Part shown: piece after piece, positions 46,015-55,096 of the stretch | How the letters are laid out: every line of letters starts with the position of its first letter | How positions within the stretch are numbered: position 1 is the first letter of the stretch | Source: a bacterium | GTDB lineage: Bacteria > Electryoneota > Electryoneia > Electryoneales > Electryoneaceae | DNA: 64,000 nucleotides | Reading direction: 5' to 3' | NCBI GenBank assembly: GCA_043801585.1 | Contig: JAZDLX010000184.1 | Span: 10,811 to 74,810, forward strand | Notes under the pieces: generated by a model | The model's input: only the letters and a program-made list of their open reading frames with translations | Databases searched by the model: none | What the model was told of the DNA's origin: nothing | Program-made: the position numbers and the translations under genes

Positions 46015-48921
46015 TTACTTGATCAGAACCATCTTCTGCATCTTGTGGAAATCAGCCGCATCGAAGCGCAGGAAGTAAACGCCCGAAGCCACCGGCATAT
46101 TCGAATCGTTCACACCGTGCCACATCACCGTATGCTGTCCAGCGACCATCGGCTGATCAATCAGCGTCCGGACCTTCTGGCCCAGCATGTTGTAAACAAT
46201 CACCTTGACAGCAGCATTCTTGGGAAGCTGGAAGGCGACCGTGGTGGATGGGTTGAACGGGTTCGGATAGACGGGATACAGCGCGAAGACCTTCGGCAGA
46301 CCGGCCTCTGCGACAGATGCTTGCGGTCCCAGGAGGCTCTCCACATCGTACCAGAGACGTGGCTCGAGCTTCCAGGTGCCATAGCTGTACAACCAGATGC
46401 CCTGGATCCACGCCGGGCTGGTGTTCGATGTACCACCCGCGAGACCGCTGAACCAGGCCTTGATCGTCGAATTGTTGGCGGCATAGTTGATCATGTCATC
46501 ATCGACAAGGAACCGGTTGCCGCCGGCATCCTCAAAGGTCCAGTCGTACGAGTTCTTCTGCACGAAGGTCGGGTTCAGGATCTTCACAGCCTGGCTCTCA
46601 TAGGGCTCAGGTGTGCCGGTCAGATCCGTAACGGAAACTTCGTGGAAGGTCAATGCATTGCCGGAGCTGTTGACTGTGAAGTTCGTGCCAACGCTCTTCA
46701 GACGGGTGTTGTTGACGAACTTGCTGCCACCCGTGATTTCGTTGACGACACCGGTGACGGTAATCGCATCACCCGCTTCAACGGCACTTCCAACAGCCAT
46801 GTCAGTGCTGTTGATGTGGACCAGAATTGAGTTCCATGAAGGATCCGTACCTGCTTGGAGATAGTACGCGCAACCTTCCGTATAGCCGTACTGGAAAGCA
46901 ATGTCATTGCTGTCGATAACGACACCCGTTACGGTGACGCTGTAACCTTCGTAACGGCTGCTTCCGCCGGCATACGGTGTCCACTGAAGCTGTGCAATCG
47001 TCAACGGGCTGGCTGACACGTGATACCCGTTGAGGAACTTGCTGGTGTCACTCGGCTCAAGGGTTGTAACGACCGATAGGTCTTCAAAGGTGTTGAATGC
47101 CTCTGAGAAGTACCAGACATCGGCACCCTCGGACTGCGCCGGGATTATGGCCACGAAGGAGTCGCCTTCAACGTTGGTCATCTTGACGCCTGTAAAGTCG
47201 CCGGTTTCACCGACACGGTACCAGACGAACGCGCTGTCAACCTGCACATCGTCAATGATGTTGTACGCGATACCAACCGCATCCGAAGGAGTCGGAGCAG
47301 CGATGTTGCGGCCACCACTGACGAAGAGCGGCGGAGCCTCGCCGAGAACGATGTCGATCAATGGAAACTTGGGAGCAACCTTGTAGGTCCAGTGCGATCC
47401 ATCGACATCACCAAGAGAACCGAAGTGATCATAGACCCAGCCGACGACACTGTCGATGATGGTGTTTACTGGCGGTTGACCAAAGGTATCCCAGTTTGAC
47501 GCTTCCGGTGAACCGGTAAAGTCGGAGTCGTCGTCGATACCGAATCCGGGTGTGGCGTCCGGAGTAGGATCATCCACAACGAATTTCATGTTGTCGAGAC
47601 CCGGGGTATTGTTCACAACCTGGACACCCTTCAGGTAGACAAACGCCGTGCCCCACTTCTCGATTTTACGGCCGTCACGGACATCGGCAACAGTCACCTG
47701 AACTGGTGCGGGGAGCGGGTGATCGAACGTTGGGACTTCGATCGGCTCCGTGATGAACAGCTCGGTCATGTTGCCTTCACCGGTGATGTACTCGGAGATG
47801 TACCCGGTGACAATCACCTCATCGCCATCAAAGAGATACGGAAATGCCGTGGAGTCAGGATCATAGGAGAGCACCGAACTCCAGGGCTGCTCGACGGGAT
47901 CGGTATCGAGAGCATATACCGCATCGGACATGATGAACTTCACGCCAGCACCGGCGTAGTTGAGGCCTGTGGAACTGGTCACAACACCACGCACGGTGAC
48001 TGTATCCTGTCTGCCGGTAACTGTTCCATCAAAGAATGCGTAACGTGCGTTCGATGAGTAGGACTGATCCAGCATGTAGGTGTTGCCGCTTCCATCCGTC
48101 TGGATCTTCATGTCGTACGGACGGACCTGCTGGAACCACGAGAACTGGGTATACCAGCCGTTGTCAGGATCTACGGCAACCTTCAGGTCATGGCTGATTT
48201 CGGGAAGGATGTGGTACCCGTAAGAGACGTTGACAACACCGCGAACGTAATCGAAGGGCTGGTCCAGCAATCGCTTGTGGAAATAGCCGTACGTGGTGTT
48301 TTGCGGGTTGTCAATCAGCACAGTGCTGTCGCCGTCAGTGACAGACCATTCACCGTATCCGGCATCAGCATTGTCACATACCACATCATTCACTTGGACC
48401 AGGACACCTTCCCACTGCTCAGCGCCTGTACGGTTGTAAAACGGGGTCAGGTCCGCTGCAGGAACAACCGTGTAAGCGCACGCAGCAGGCAGATCAGTCC
48501 AGTCCACAACGTCCGAGAGAACAGTGACATCCGTTGCGGGTGTCATCGGCGAAATTTCAGTGATGTAGTTGCCGTTCGTGTCACTGCCGGATTTGTACTC
48601 CGTCACCTTGCCTCGAACACTGACCTTCGTGCCGAAAGCAAAATCAAAACCCGCAGCGCTTTTGTAGATGTAGACGCCATGCCAGGCGCCTGCGGAGTCT
48701 GCCATCCAGAAACCGCGTCCATCGGGATTCATGGAGAGTGGTTCAAACGTAACCCAACCCTCTACAGTTACGGTGTCGCCCATCAGGGTACTTCGATCTT
48801 CAGTCACTGGGTCGGCAACGAACTGTACCGTTTTGATGGGTGTAATACCCGGCCATTCCGTAGCGTACGTCGCGGAAACAGCCAACAGCATCACAACCAT
48901 CAGAATGATAACTTTACGCAT
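46015..48921 (-). CDS. Very large secreted protein with three tandem OB-like double-barrel modules, an Ig-like insert and a T9SS C-terminal sorting domain
   Basis: Signal peptide MRKVIILMVVMLLAVSATYA. The motif G-x-x-V-T-V-x-G-x-V recurs (GDTVTVEGWV, GTKVSVRGKV, DTVTVRGVV, GDEVIVTGYI, YSVTVTGVV, GDAITVTGVV). The C-terminus reads VYPNPFNPSTTVAFQLP...VIVYNMLGQKV...GVYFLRF...MVLIK. Confidence 0.75.
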   Translation of the reverse strand: MRKVIILMVVMLLAVSATYATEWPGITPIKTVQFVADPVTEDRSTLMGDTVTVEGWVTFEPLSMNPDGRGFWMADSAGAWHGVYIYKSAAGFDFAFGTKVSVRGKVTEYKSGSDTNGNYITEISPMTPATDVTVLSDVVDWTDLPAACAYTVVPAADLTPFYNRTGAEQWEGVLVQVNDVVCDNADAGYGEWSVTDGDSTVLIDNPQNTTYGYFHKRLLDQPFDYVRGVVNVSYGYHILPEISHDLKVAVDPDNGWYTQFSWFQQVRPYDMKIQTDGSGNTYMLDQSYSSNARYAFFDGTVTGRQDTVTVRGVVTSSTGLNYAGAGVKFIMSDAVYALDTDPVEQPWSSVLSYDPDSTAFPYLFDGDEVIVTGYISEYITGEGNMTELFITEPIEVPTFDHPLPAPVQVTVADVRDGRKIEKWGTAFVYLKGVQVVNNTPGLDNMKFVVDDPTPDATPGFGIDDDSDFTGSPEASNWDTFGQPPVNTIIDSVVGWVYDHFGSLGDVDGSHWTYKVAPKFPLIDIVLGEAPPLFVSGGRNIAAPTPSDAVGIAYNIIDDVQVDSAFVWYRVGETGDFTGVKMTNVEGDSFVAIIPAQSEGADVWYFSEAFNTFEDLSVVTTLEPSDTSKFLNGYHVSASPLTIAQLQWTPYAGGSSRYEGYSVTVTGVVIDSNDIAFQYGYTEGCAYYLQAGTDPSWNSILVHINSTDMAVGSAVEAGDAITVTGVVNEITGGSKFVNNTRLKSVGTNFTVNSSGNALTFHEVSVTDLTGTPEPYESQAVKILNPTFVQKNSYDWTFEDAGGNRFLVDDDMINYAANNSTIKAWFSGLAGGTSNTSPAWIQGIWLYSYGTWKLEPRLWYDVESLLGPQASVAEAGLPKVFALYPVYPNPFNPSTTVAFQLPKNAAVKVIVYNMLGQKVRTLIDQPMVAGQHTVMWHGVNDSNMPVASGVYFLRFDAADFHKMQKMVLIK

Positions 48922-48999
48922 GTTTCTTTATACCTCCCTGTTGGTGAGGATTGTATCTCTCACTTGTCCGTTACACCTGTCCCGGTTGCACCGGGCTCT

Positions 49000-51483
49000 T
49001 TATTTGATCACCAGAAAACGTCCCATCTTCTTGTCTCCGGAATCGGTGTCCTTGACGACGTAGATGTAGAGTCCCGTTGCGATTTCCTGTCCTTTCTCCG
49101 TCAGCAGATCCCAGGCGTGTTCACCACCGGCGAATGCGCTTCTTTCACCGGTGGAAGACGATCCTCCGATTCGCGCGACATCCTGAGCGCTATAGGTGGC
49201 GGCATCATGTTCGAACCGGTCGATTCGTTCGCCGGCGGTATTGAAGATAGTCACCTCGCAATGCTGGGGGAGATAACGGAACCAGATCAACCGCTCATCC
49301 TGATTCAAACCGTCCCATGCAGCGCGTCCCCGATATGGATTCGGGTACACGCTGATACGTTGATCGTTGCTGGCGACCGGCCGTGTGCCGGGATAGGCGA
49401 ATGTACGGTTTGCGGTTCTATTGGACTCAAGACTCTGCAGGTTGTTCGCCGGGTCGCCCCGGTCATATGCCGTCACCGAGTAATAGAGCTCACGCGGCCA
49501 GCCGTTTTTGACGCCGTAATTGACCCATCGGTAGGTCGGTTCAAATCCAAACTGTGATTGAATTGCGCTTCTAATCGAATCCTCCTGTTCAACCGTCAAC
49601 TCCCCGCTGGCGACGAGGGAGTCGAGATGGATGGAGGCCATACCGAGGTCATACCCAACGTGGGTGTTGTCATCATCCGTGGGATCGACGTCATAATTGA
49701 CATCCCAATCCGCCAGCAGGGTCCACTCGCCGGTTACACCTTCACTGGTGGTCTTCGGAGAGGAATATACCCGATAGCCTTCAAAGTCGATCTTGTTGCT
49801 GATCGGATCGACGGCAAATTCCGGAGCATTGTTCCAGTAGAGTGTTACCTGACGGTCCGCGGGCACGATGGCGAGTGATGGAGCAGGAGGTGCACCTGGC
49901 AAAATGTAGCGGGTAATTTTTCCATCACCGTCTTTGTCCTCACCCGGATCCAGGATGCCGTTCCCGTTGCGATCTTCGCCATCATAGGCGATCTGTGCCC
50001 ATTCCGCGTTCAGATACAGGTTACTCCGGCGTTCCGCATTGTCATCACCCGTTCCGTTCCAGAGTCCTGCTACAATCGCATAAGCCACCTTGTACCGTTC
50101 GCCGGGAGCAAGGTTAGGCATCGGACCGGTGGAGAGGAAAAGCATCCATGACTGTTGATAATCGCTTGTCGTCGGAAGACGGTTGCCGTCGAGACCGACG
50201 CGCATCACGTTATAGCGATCTTCCTCGGTCTGAGGCATTCCATATTCATCAGGGAATCGCGACCCACCCCACGTCCACTGGTGAAAATAGGCATTCCAAG
50301 TATTCGGTAGAGCTGCAGCATTGACCGGTTCAGCGCCCAATACCTTCACCCCGAGATAACTCTGAGCCCACCCGGCATCCCCGTCAAAATCGAACTGCAT
50401 CGCCAGACGCTTTGAATTGCTGTAAGCGTTCATGTTGTCATACCAGTTCCAACGCCCACCGGGACCACCCTGACTGCTGTAATAATTCGTGTAATTCATA
50501 TTACCAACGGAACCATCCACCCAGACGCCGAAATAGGGATCGGTGATTGCTTTCCCCGTCCAGATCGTGTCGCCATCGGCAAATTCCCGGACAACTCCTG
50601 CGCCATAATTCACTGTCTCGCCGCCAGCTCCCGCGATCCTCATGCCCGTGGGAATGTTCGTCACCGTGTAGTTGAGGATCGTAAAGGCATCCGCGAACGG
50701 ATCGTTCCAGGAGTAGGCTTCGAGATAGACGTGGATACCGAGAGGTTGATGGTACTTGACTGCAACACCAGTCCCCGGAACAATGAGATTGGTGTCGGTA
50801 AAAGCGGTGATCAGGTCCTGGTGACTGACGGCGTTGGGATCGTAAACGGTGGCGTAGGCGGCGTAGGGGTTTGAGGGTGAGGCATCGACGATGGAGCTTC
50901 GGGTGACGACGGAATCCCAAGAGGTCGTTCCAAAGTCCCACTCCCCGTTGACCAACGGGGCGTCGATCGCACCACCAAACGTGATGTACGGGTCTATTGG
51001 ATCGTCTGCGTGCGTCAGGTCAAACCTGCGGTCGATTTCTGCCAGATGCCGGAAAACAGGTGTATCCCTGATCGTCCGTTGTGCCGAGGAGGTGAACTCC
51101 CACCCACCTTCATCGGGCGCAAACACACCATCGTAAACAGCAGTGGTAACGTGTACTTGTCCATCCTTGACACCACCGATCCAGATGCCAGCATAACTGA
51201 AATGTTCGATCTGTTCTTTCGCGATTGTCGTGCGGATTTTGTACATGCAGGAGGGTTGGTCGGGGGTGTTGAATCCCTGGCCAAGAACACCAAAGTTTGT
51301 GATCGTCAAGCCGATGTTTCCGACGCTGGTATTATGCCAGTAATCATCACTGGCCGTCTTCCGTAACGCTTTCCCCTGATCAGCGGCGATGGTCACATTC
51401 GCTGCCAGAATCAGCCCAGCGCCAAAAAACGCCAGTGCAGTACGAACTGGGCTACGAAAGCGATGGATAGGTAAGTGTCTCAC
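49000..51483 (-). CDS. Large secreted protein of unknown function with a Ca-binding-like D-x-D loop, an FN3-like domain and a T9SS C-terminal sorting domain
   Basis: GTG start and signal peptide (ALAFFGAGLILAANVTIAA). Recognisable elements are DGEDRNGNGILDPGEDKDGDGKI (approx 49915-49983), QVTLYWNN...FEGYRVY (FN3-like), and the C-terminal SVYPNPYRG...VTIFNTAGERI...GLYIYVV...GRFLVIK. Confidence 0.7.
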   Translation of the reverse strand: MRHLPIHRFRSPVRTALAFFGAGLILAANVTIAADQGKALRKTASDDYWHNTSVGNIGLTITNFGVLGQGFNTPDQPSCMYKIRTTIAKEQIEHFSYAGIWIGGVKDGQVHVTTAVYDGVFAPDEGGWEFTSSAQRTIRDTPVFRHLAEIDRRFDLTHADDPIDPYITFGGAIDAPLVNGEWDFGTTSWDSVVTRSSIVDASPSNPYAAYATVYDPNAVSHQDLITAFTDTNLIVPGTGVAVKYHQPLGIHVYLEAYSWNDPFADAFTILNYTVTNIPTGMRIAGAGGETVNYGAGVVREFADGDTIWTGKAITDPYFGVWVDGSVGNMNYTNYYSSQGGPGGRWNWYDNMNAYSNSKRLAMQFDFDGDAGWAQSYLGVKVLGAEPVNAAALPNTWNAYFHQWTWGGSRFPDEYGMPQTEEDRYNVMRVGLDGNRLPTTSDYQQSWMLFLSTGPMPNLAPGERYKVAYAIVAGLWNGTGDDNAERRSNLYLNAEWAQIAYDGEDRNGNGILDPGEDKDGDGKITRYILPGAPPAPSLAIVPADRQVTLYWNNAPEFAVDPISNKIDFEGYRVYSSPKTTSEGVTGEWTLLADWDVNYDVDPTDDDNTHVGYDLGMASIHLDSLVASGELTVEQEDSIRSAIQSQFGFEPTYRWVNYGVKNGWPRELYYSVTAYDRGDPANNLQSLESNRTANRTFAYPGTRPVASNDQRISVYPNPYRGRAAWDGLNQDERLIWFRYLPQHCEVTIFNTAGERIDRFEHDAATYSAQDVARIGGSSSTGERSAFAGGEHAWDLLTEKGQEIATGLYIYVVKDTDSGDKKMGRFLVIK

Positions 51484-51819
51484 GGTCGTAGCAGGTCCTC
51501 ACGTTGCTTCCTGAACGGATGCCAATGATTCGACCAGATCGACTTCAGGAGTACAAACCCCTCTGCAGCCGACCTTGCGTCAAGCTGCCGAACTCTCGTT
51601 AAGCTCTCATGAGGAAAAGGTTTAGGTCTCCCGAGAAGCTAACGAATCTTCGGAACCGTGGGAACTGGATCATGTTCCACATTTCACGGCTTCGGAGAAG
51701 ATAGGGGCCTTAATCAGACAGCTCCAAGGTCGAGGAGAGTCGTTTTTTAAGGTAGGTATTCCAAACCCTAAGCCCCTGTCTCTGAGAGATTTGGCCCCAT
51801 TTTTAATAACATCACAAGG

Positions 51820-53127
51820 TTATCGAATCAATGTCACACGTCGAAGATCCACACTCCCGCCGCTGACAGTTCTCAACAGATAGACACCGCTGGAAAGTTT
51901 GTCCGCCGGGAGGGTCAAATGATGAGCTCCGGCGGTGAGATACCCCGCCTGCATCTCCCAGACCTGACGTCCGAGGAGATTGTACAGCGCAAGATGGACC
52001 TGGCCGGATTGCCTCAGGTTCAGACTCACACTGGCTGTGCTGTTGAAGGGATTCGGATAGACTGAAACGATCATGAAATGTGAAGGGAGGTTCTGCACGT
52101 AATCGTCCCGCACACCTGAGATCCCATCCACCGCAATGTCCATGACGACCGGGAGGTGATCCGAGGCATAATAGAGGGCGTCAGCCACTTCTCGGCGAAC
52201 TGCAAGGTTTTCCGGATAGTTGATATTTAAGTTAAAGTGCTGCCCATCATTACCGAAAGCGTGGTAGCTTTCCGGCAAGTAATCAAGGCCGGTGCTGTCG
52301 AAGAATTCCGGTGACGCGAGGATGAAGTCGAAACGGTCGTCAAGGCCCCCTGTCGCACCTTCATCATAGAGACCTGTTGAAGAGGTGCGTGTGCTTTGGG
52401 TATGAACATCCGCAAACGCACTGTTGTTGGTCCACGATCCCACCCGATTGATAGGATCTCGGAAAAGATCGGTTGACGTTGCGGCTTGCCAGGCTGTCCC
52501 GCTTGCACGATAGAGATTAAAGTCGCCACAGAAAATTAGATTGCTCCCCACCAGAGATTTGTTGTTGATCTGTGTGATCATTGCGTTGATCTGCTGCGTC
52601 CTCGTCGACTCATCTGCACTATTATTACTTGCTTTCAGGTGCGTGATGAACACGTACATCGTATCAAACAAGTCGTCGTGCTGGAAATTCACCTGAAATT
52701 GTACGATATCGCGAATCGGTGCGGTGATCAGGTAGATCGGCCCCAGGGAAATCCCGCGATCCGTACGATAGTAAAGCTGAACATCATAGGAGGATGTCGG
52801 TGACAGGAGTGACTTTGCCCACTTGCCGGGGGCGATAACGTCGAGGACGTTGCTAAGGAACCGAGTTGATCCCGTACCACTCCAAACTTCTTCCACAGAA
52901 ATGATGTCTGGATCAATCGTGGAGATGACCGTCCGATAATAGGGCTCACGTTCATCCTCGTGATGATCGGCAACGCCGTCATAAGTGTAGTTCAAGATGT
53001 TCCACGCCATAAAGCGGAGCGTTTCCGTCTGTGCCTGAACAGAGTGGATAAAGGTGAGGGAAACCAGCGTGATCAGCAAGCCGCCTGAGATCCAACTCTT
53101 CAGAAACCGTTTCGTTGCACCGTGCAT
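51820..53127 (-). CDS. Secreted endonuclease/exonuclease/phosphatase (EEP)-family hydrolase with a T9SS C-terminal sorting domain
   Basis: EEP motifs appear in order: RFMAWNILNY, DIISVEEV, FITHLKA, FCGDFN, SDHLPVVMDI. The C-terminus reads VYPNPFNSTASVSLNL...LALYNLLGRQV...GVYLLRT...VTLIR. I chose the start at Met 53127 (MHGATKRFLKSWISGGLLITLVSLTFIHSVQA). Confidence 0.8.
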   Translation of the reverse strand: MHGATKRFLKSWISGGLLITLVSLTFIHSVQAQTETLRFMAWNILNYTYDGVADHHEDEREPYYRTVISTIDPDIISVEEVWSGTGSTRFLSNVLDVIAPGKWAKSLLSPTSSYDVQLYYRTDRGISLGPIYLITAPIRDIVQFQVNFQHDDLFDTMYVFITHLKASNNSADESTRTQQINAMITQINNKSLVGSNLIFCGDFNLYRASGTAWQAATSTDLFRDPINRVGSWTNNSAFADVHTQSTRTSSTGLYDEGATGGLDDRFDFILASPEFFDSTGLDYLPESYHAFGNDGQHFNLNINYPENLAVRREVADALYYASDHLPVVMDIAVDGISGVRDDYVQNLPSHFMIVSVYPNPFNSTASVSLNLRQSGQVHLALYNLLGRQVWEMQAGYLTAGAHHLTLPADKLSSGVYLLRTVSGGSVDLRRVTLIR

Positions 53128-53311
53128 GGTACGTTCTCCCAAGGCTCTTTCGTACGCACTTCAGTATGGCAAAGATCATGCAGCATGATACGGAGCACAC
53201 CCATCAATGCTGCCTTGCCAGACGTCGATGGGGAGTCACCAGTAGTAGTCACAATCTACCAGTGTTGACGAGTCGTCATCGAATCGTCCAGCAATCGGTG
53301 CCCCTGAACGA

Positions 53312-53343
53312 TAAAAAAAAACCGCAACCGATCTGGTTGCGGT
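53312..53343 (-). terminator. Intrinsic terminator of the cold-shock gene
   Basis: On the minus strand, ACCGCAACC-AGATC-GGTTGCGGT is followed by T9 (the plus-strand A-run at 53313-53321), 24 nt after the csp stop. Confidence 0.8.
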
Positions 53344-53366
53344 CATGTCGTCAGGACGAAGCTATG

Positions 53367-53570
53367 CTACTTGCCTATCCGCTTGACATTCGTAGCGGCC
53401 GGGCCTTTCTGCCCCTGCTCCAGGTCGAATTCTACTTCCTCTCCTTCGGCGAGCGTCTTGAAACCGTCTCCCTGAATCGAGCTGAAGTGAACGAATACAT
53501 CACGACCGTCTTCCGCTTCAATAAAACCGAATCCCTTGGACTCGTTGAACCACTTAACTTTACCCTGCAT
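53367..53570 (-). CDS. csp: Cold-shock protein (CspA family)
   Basis: [32 protein letters not shown] carries the RNP1 motif (KGFGFI) and the RNP2 motif (VFVHF). It is 67 aa from Met 53570. Confidence 0.93.
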   Translation of the reverse strand: MQGKVKWFNESKGFGFIEAEDGRDVFVHFSSIQGDGFKTLAEGEEVEFDLEQGQKGPAATNVKRIGK

Positions 53571-54037
53571 GCTTTTCTCAACTTCCTGCAATAATTTGTA
53601 CCTCCGACAACTGCTGCCGGAGACTATCGGGGCTTAACTTAACGGATTTTCAAGCGGATACCAACTGAAATCTCGAAAACACCTCAATGCCTCCGAGGTC
53701 TCTCATTTCTTCGAGACAGAGTGTCCAGCAGAATCGGATGCTTTCAGCTCAAGTCCTTCCTTTCCGTGTCAAATCAATAATAATCAAGTTATTGAAAGAA
53801 ATACTCCCCGTTCGAGCCGTTCCAGCCGGCAGTCGCGCACCATCCACTCCCCTCGCCCCGGCACCTGTTCCGGAAAGATGGCAGGTATCCCTTCGTACAC
53901 CGGAACAGTCGATGTTCTCAGCGCCGGCAGGTGCGTCGAGACCTTCGCCAAACAGCTCGATCCGCTCTCCGCGAAACAGGACGTCCGCCTGGCAAACTGC
54001 GCCGGGGCTGACAACCCTGCCTCCTCGAAGCAGCAGA

Positions 54038-55096
54038 TCACTCACCACCCTCCCCGTTGAACGTCAGGGACGCCGCGGAACGGCGATGTGTTCGGAGGTG
54101 GTGGATGATTTCAGAGATGATGCTTATCGCGATTTCGGGGACAGTTTCCGCCTTGAGGTCGAGACCGACAGGAACATGGATGCGATCGAGCGTCTGCTTC
54201 GGATTTCCCTCTTTCTCCAGCGTTTTTGCGATGAGGCTCCATTTGCGCCGACTGCTCATCAACCCGAGGTAGGAAATCTCCTGCTCCAACAGCCAACGAA
54301 GCATCTGGAGATCATGCTGATGTCCGCGCGTGGCGATGACGACGTAATCGTCCGGGGCGATCTTCGCCCGGGAGGCGAGATGATCGTAGGAACCGCAGTC
54401 GATACGCACGGCGTGCGGGAAGCGTTCGGCGTTCGCAAGGTCCGGACGGTCGTCATAAATGCAAACGTCCAGCTCGATGAAATGTGCCACCTCAGCGAGT
54501 GCCTGACCGACGTGACCCGCACCAAGAATATGCAGCCGTGGAGTGGGTTTCAGATATTCAATGAGAAATGACGTAGCTTCTTCTTCAGCGGCGACACTGC
54601 GCTGCTCGTTCTTTGCCCTTTCGATCAACTTCTTCACTTTTTCGGGTAGTTCCGGGGCAGGGTCCCTGCCGTGCAGCACGGTCCGTTCGATGGAAACCGG
54701 ATCTCCCTGAATGATGGTCAGCACCGTGACCGTTTCCGACTTGTCAAACGCCTCGGAGAGTGATTTCCAGCAGGCAAGCACTTCACGGGTAACAGGTTCA
54801 ATCAGCATGCGTGTCCAGCCACCGCAGATTCCCGCCTCGCCCTCAACATCGTTCGAGCTCATGTCGAAATCCGCCAACACCGGCCGCCCGTGATCCAGAA
54901 CTTCAAGAGCCCGTTGAATCACCAGGTTTTCCATCGATCCGCCGCCAACGGTTCCGAACGTACGGCCGCCATCAAGCACGAGCATCGATGGGTAGTCCTT
55001 GCGTGGAACAGACCCTTTCCAGGCCACCTGCGAACAGAGCACTGCCGGGGTGGCTTCGTCCCACGAAATCAGTTTGTTCAAAAGATGCTTATCCAT
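54038..55096 (-). CDS. xdhC: XdhC/CoxI-family molybdenum-hydroxylase maturation factor
   Basis: It has an N-terminal XdhC_CoxI-like region (GTVGGGSMENLVIQRALEVL) and a Rossmann-like C-domain (LHILGAGHVGQALAEVAHFIELDVCIYDDRPD ... VVIATRGHQHD ... YLGLMSSRRK ... PVGLDLKAETVPEIAISIISEI). Confidence 0.8.
   Translation of the reverse strand: MDKHLLNKLISWDEATPAVLCSQVAWKGSVPRKDYPSMLVLDGGRTFGTVGGGSMENLVIQRALEVLDHGRPVLADFDMSSNDVEGEAGICGGWTRMLIEPVTREVLACWKSLSEAFDKSETVTVLTIIQGDPVSIERTVLHGRDPAPELPEKVKKLIERAKNEQRSVAAEEEATSFLIEYLKPTPRLHILGAGHVGQALAEVAHFIELDVCIYDDRPDLANAERFPHAVRIDCGSYDHLASRAKIAPDDYVVIATRGHQHDLQMLRWLLEQEISYLGLMSSRRKWSLIAKTLEKEGNPKQTLDRIHVPVGLDLKAETVPEIAISIISEIIHHLRTHRRSAASLTFNGEGGE

Noticed and set aside
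48190-49557. 455-aa plus-strand ORF spanning the junction of two minus-strand genes
   Set aside because: It runs antisense across the 968-aa and 827-aa genes and the intergenic spacer between them. The minus-strand products have signal peptides and T9SS CTDs, whereas this frame has none.
53687-54571. 294-aa plus-strand ORF
   Set aside because: Its 3' two-thirds are antisense to xdhC, and its 5' part lies in the csp upstream region. Its composition is Ser/Arg/Pro-rich and it has no RBS or motifs.
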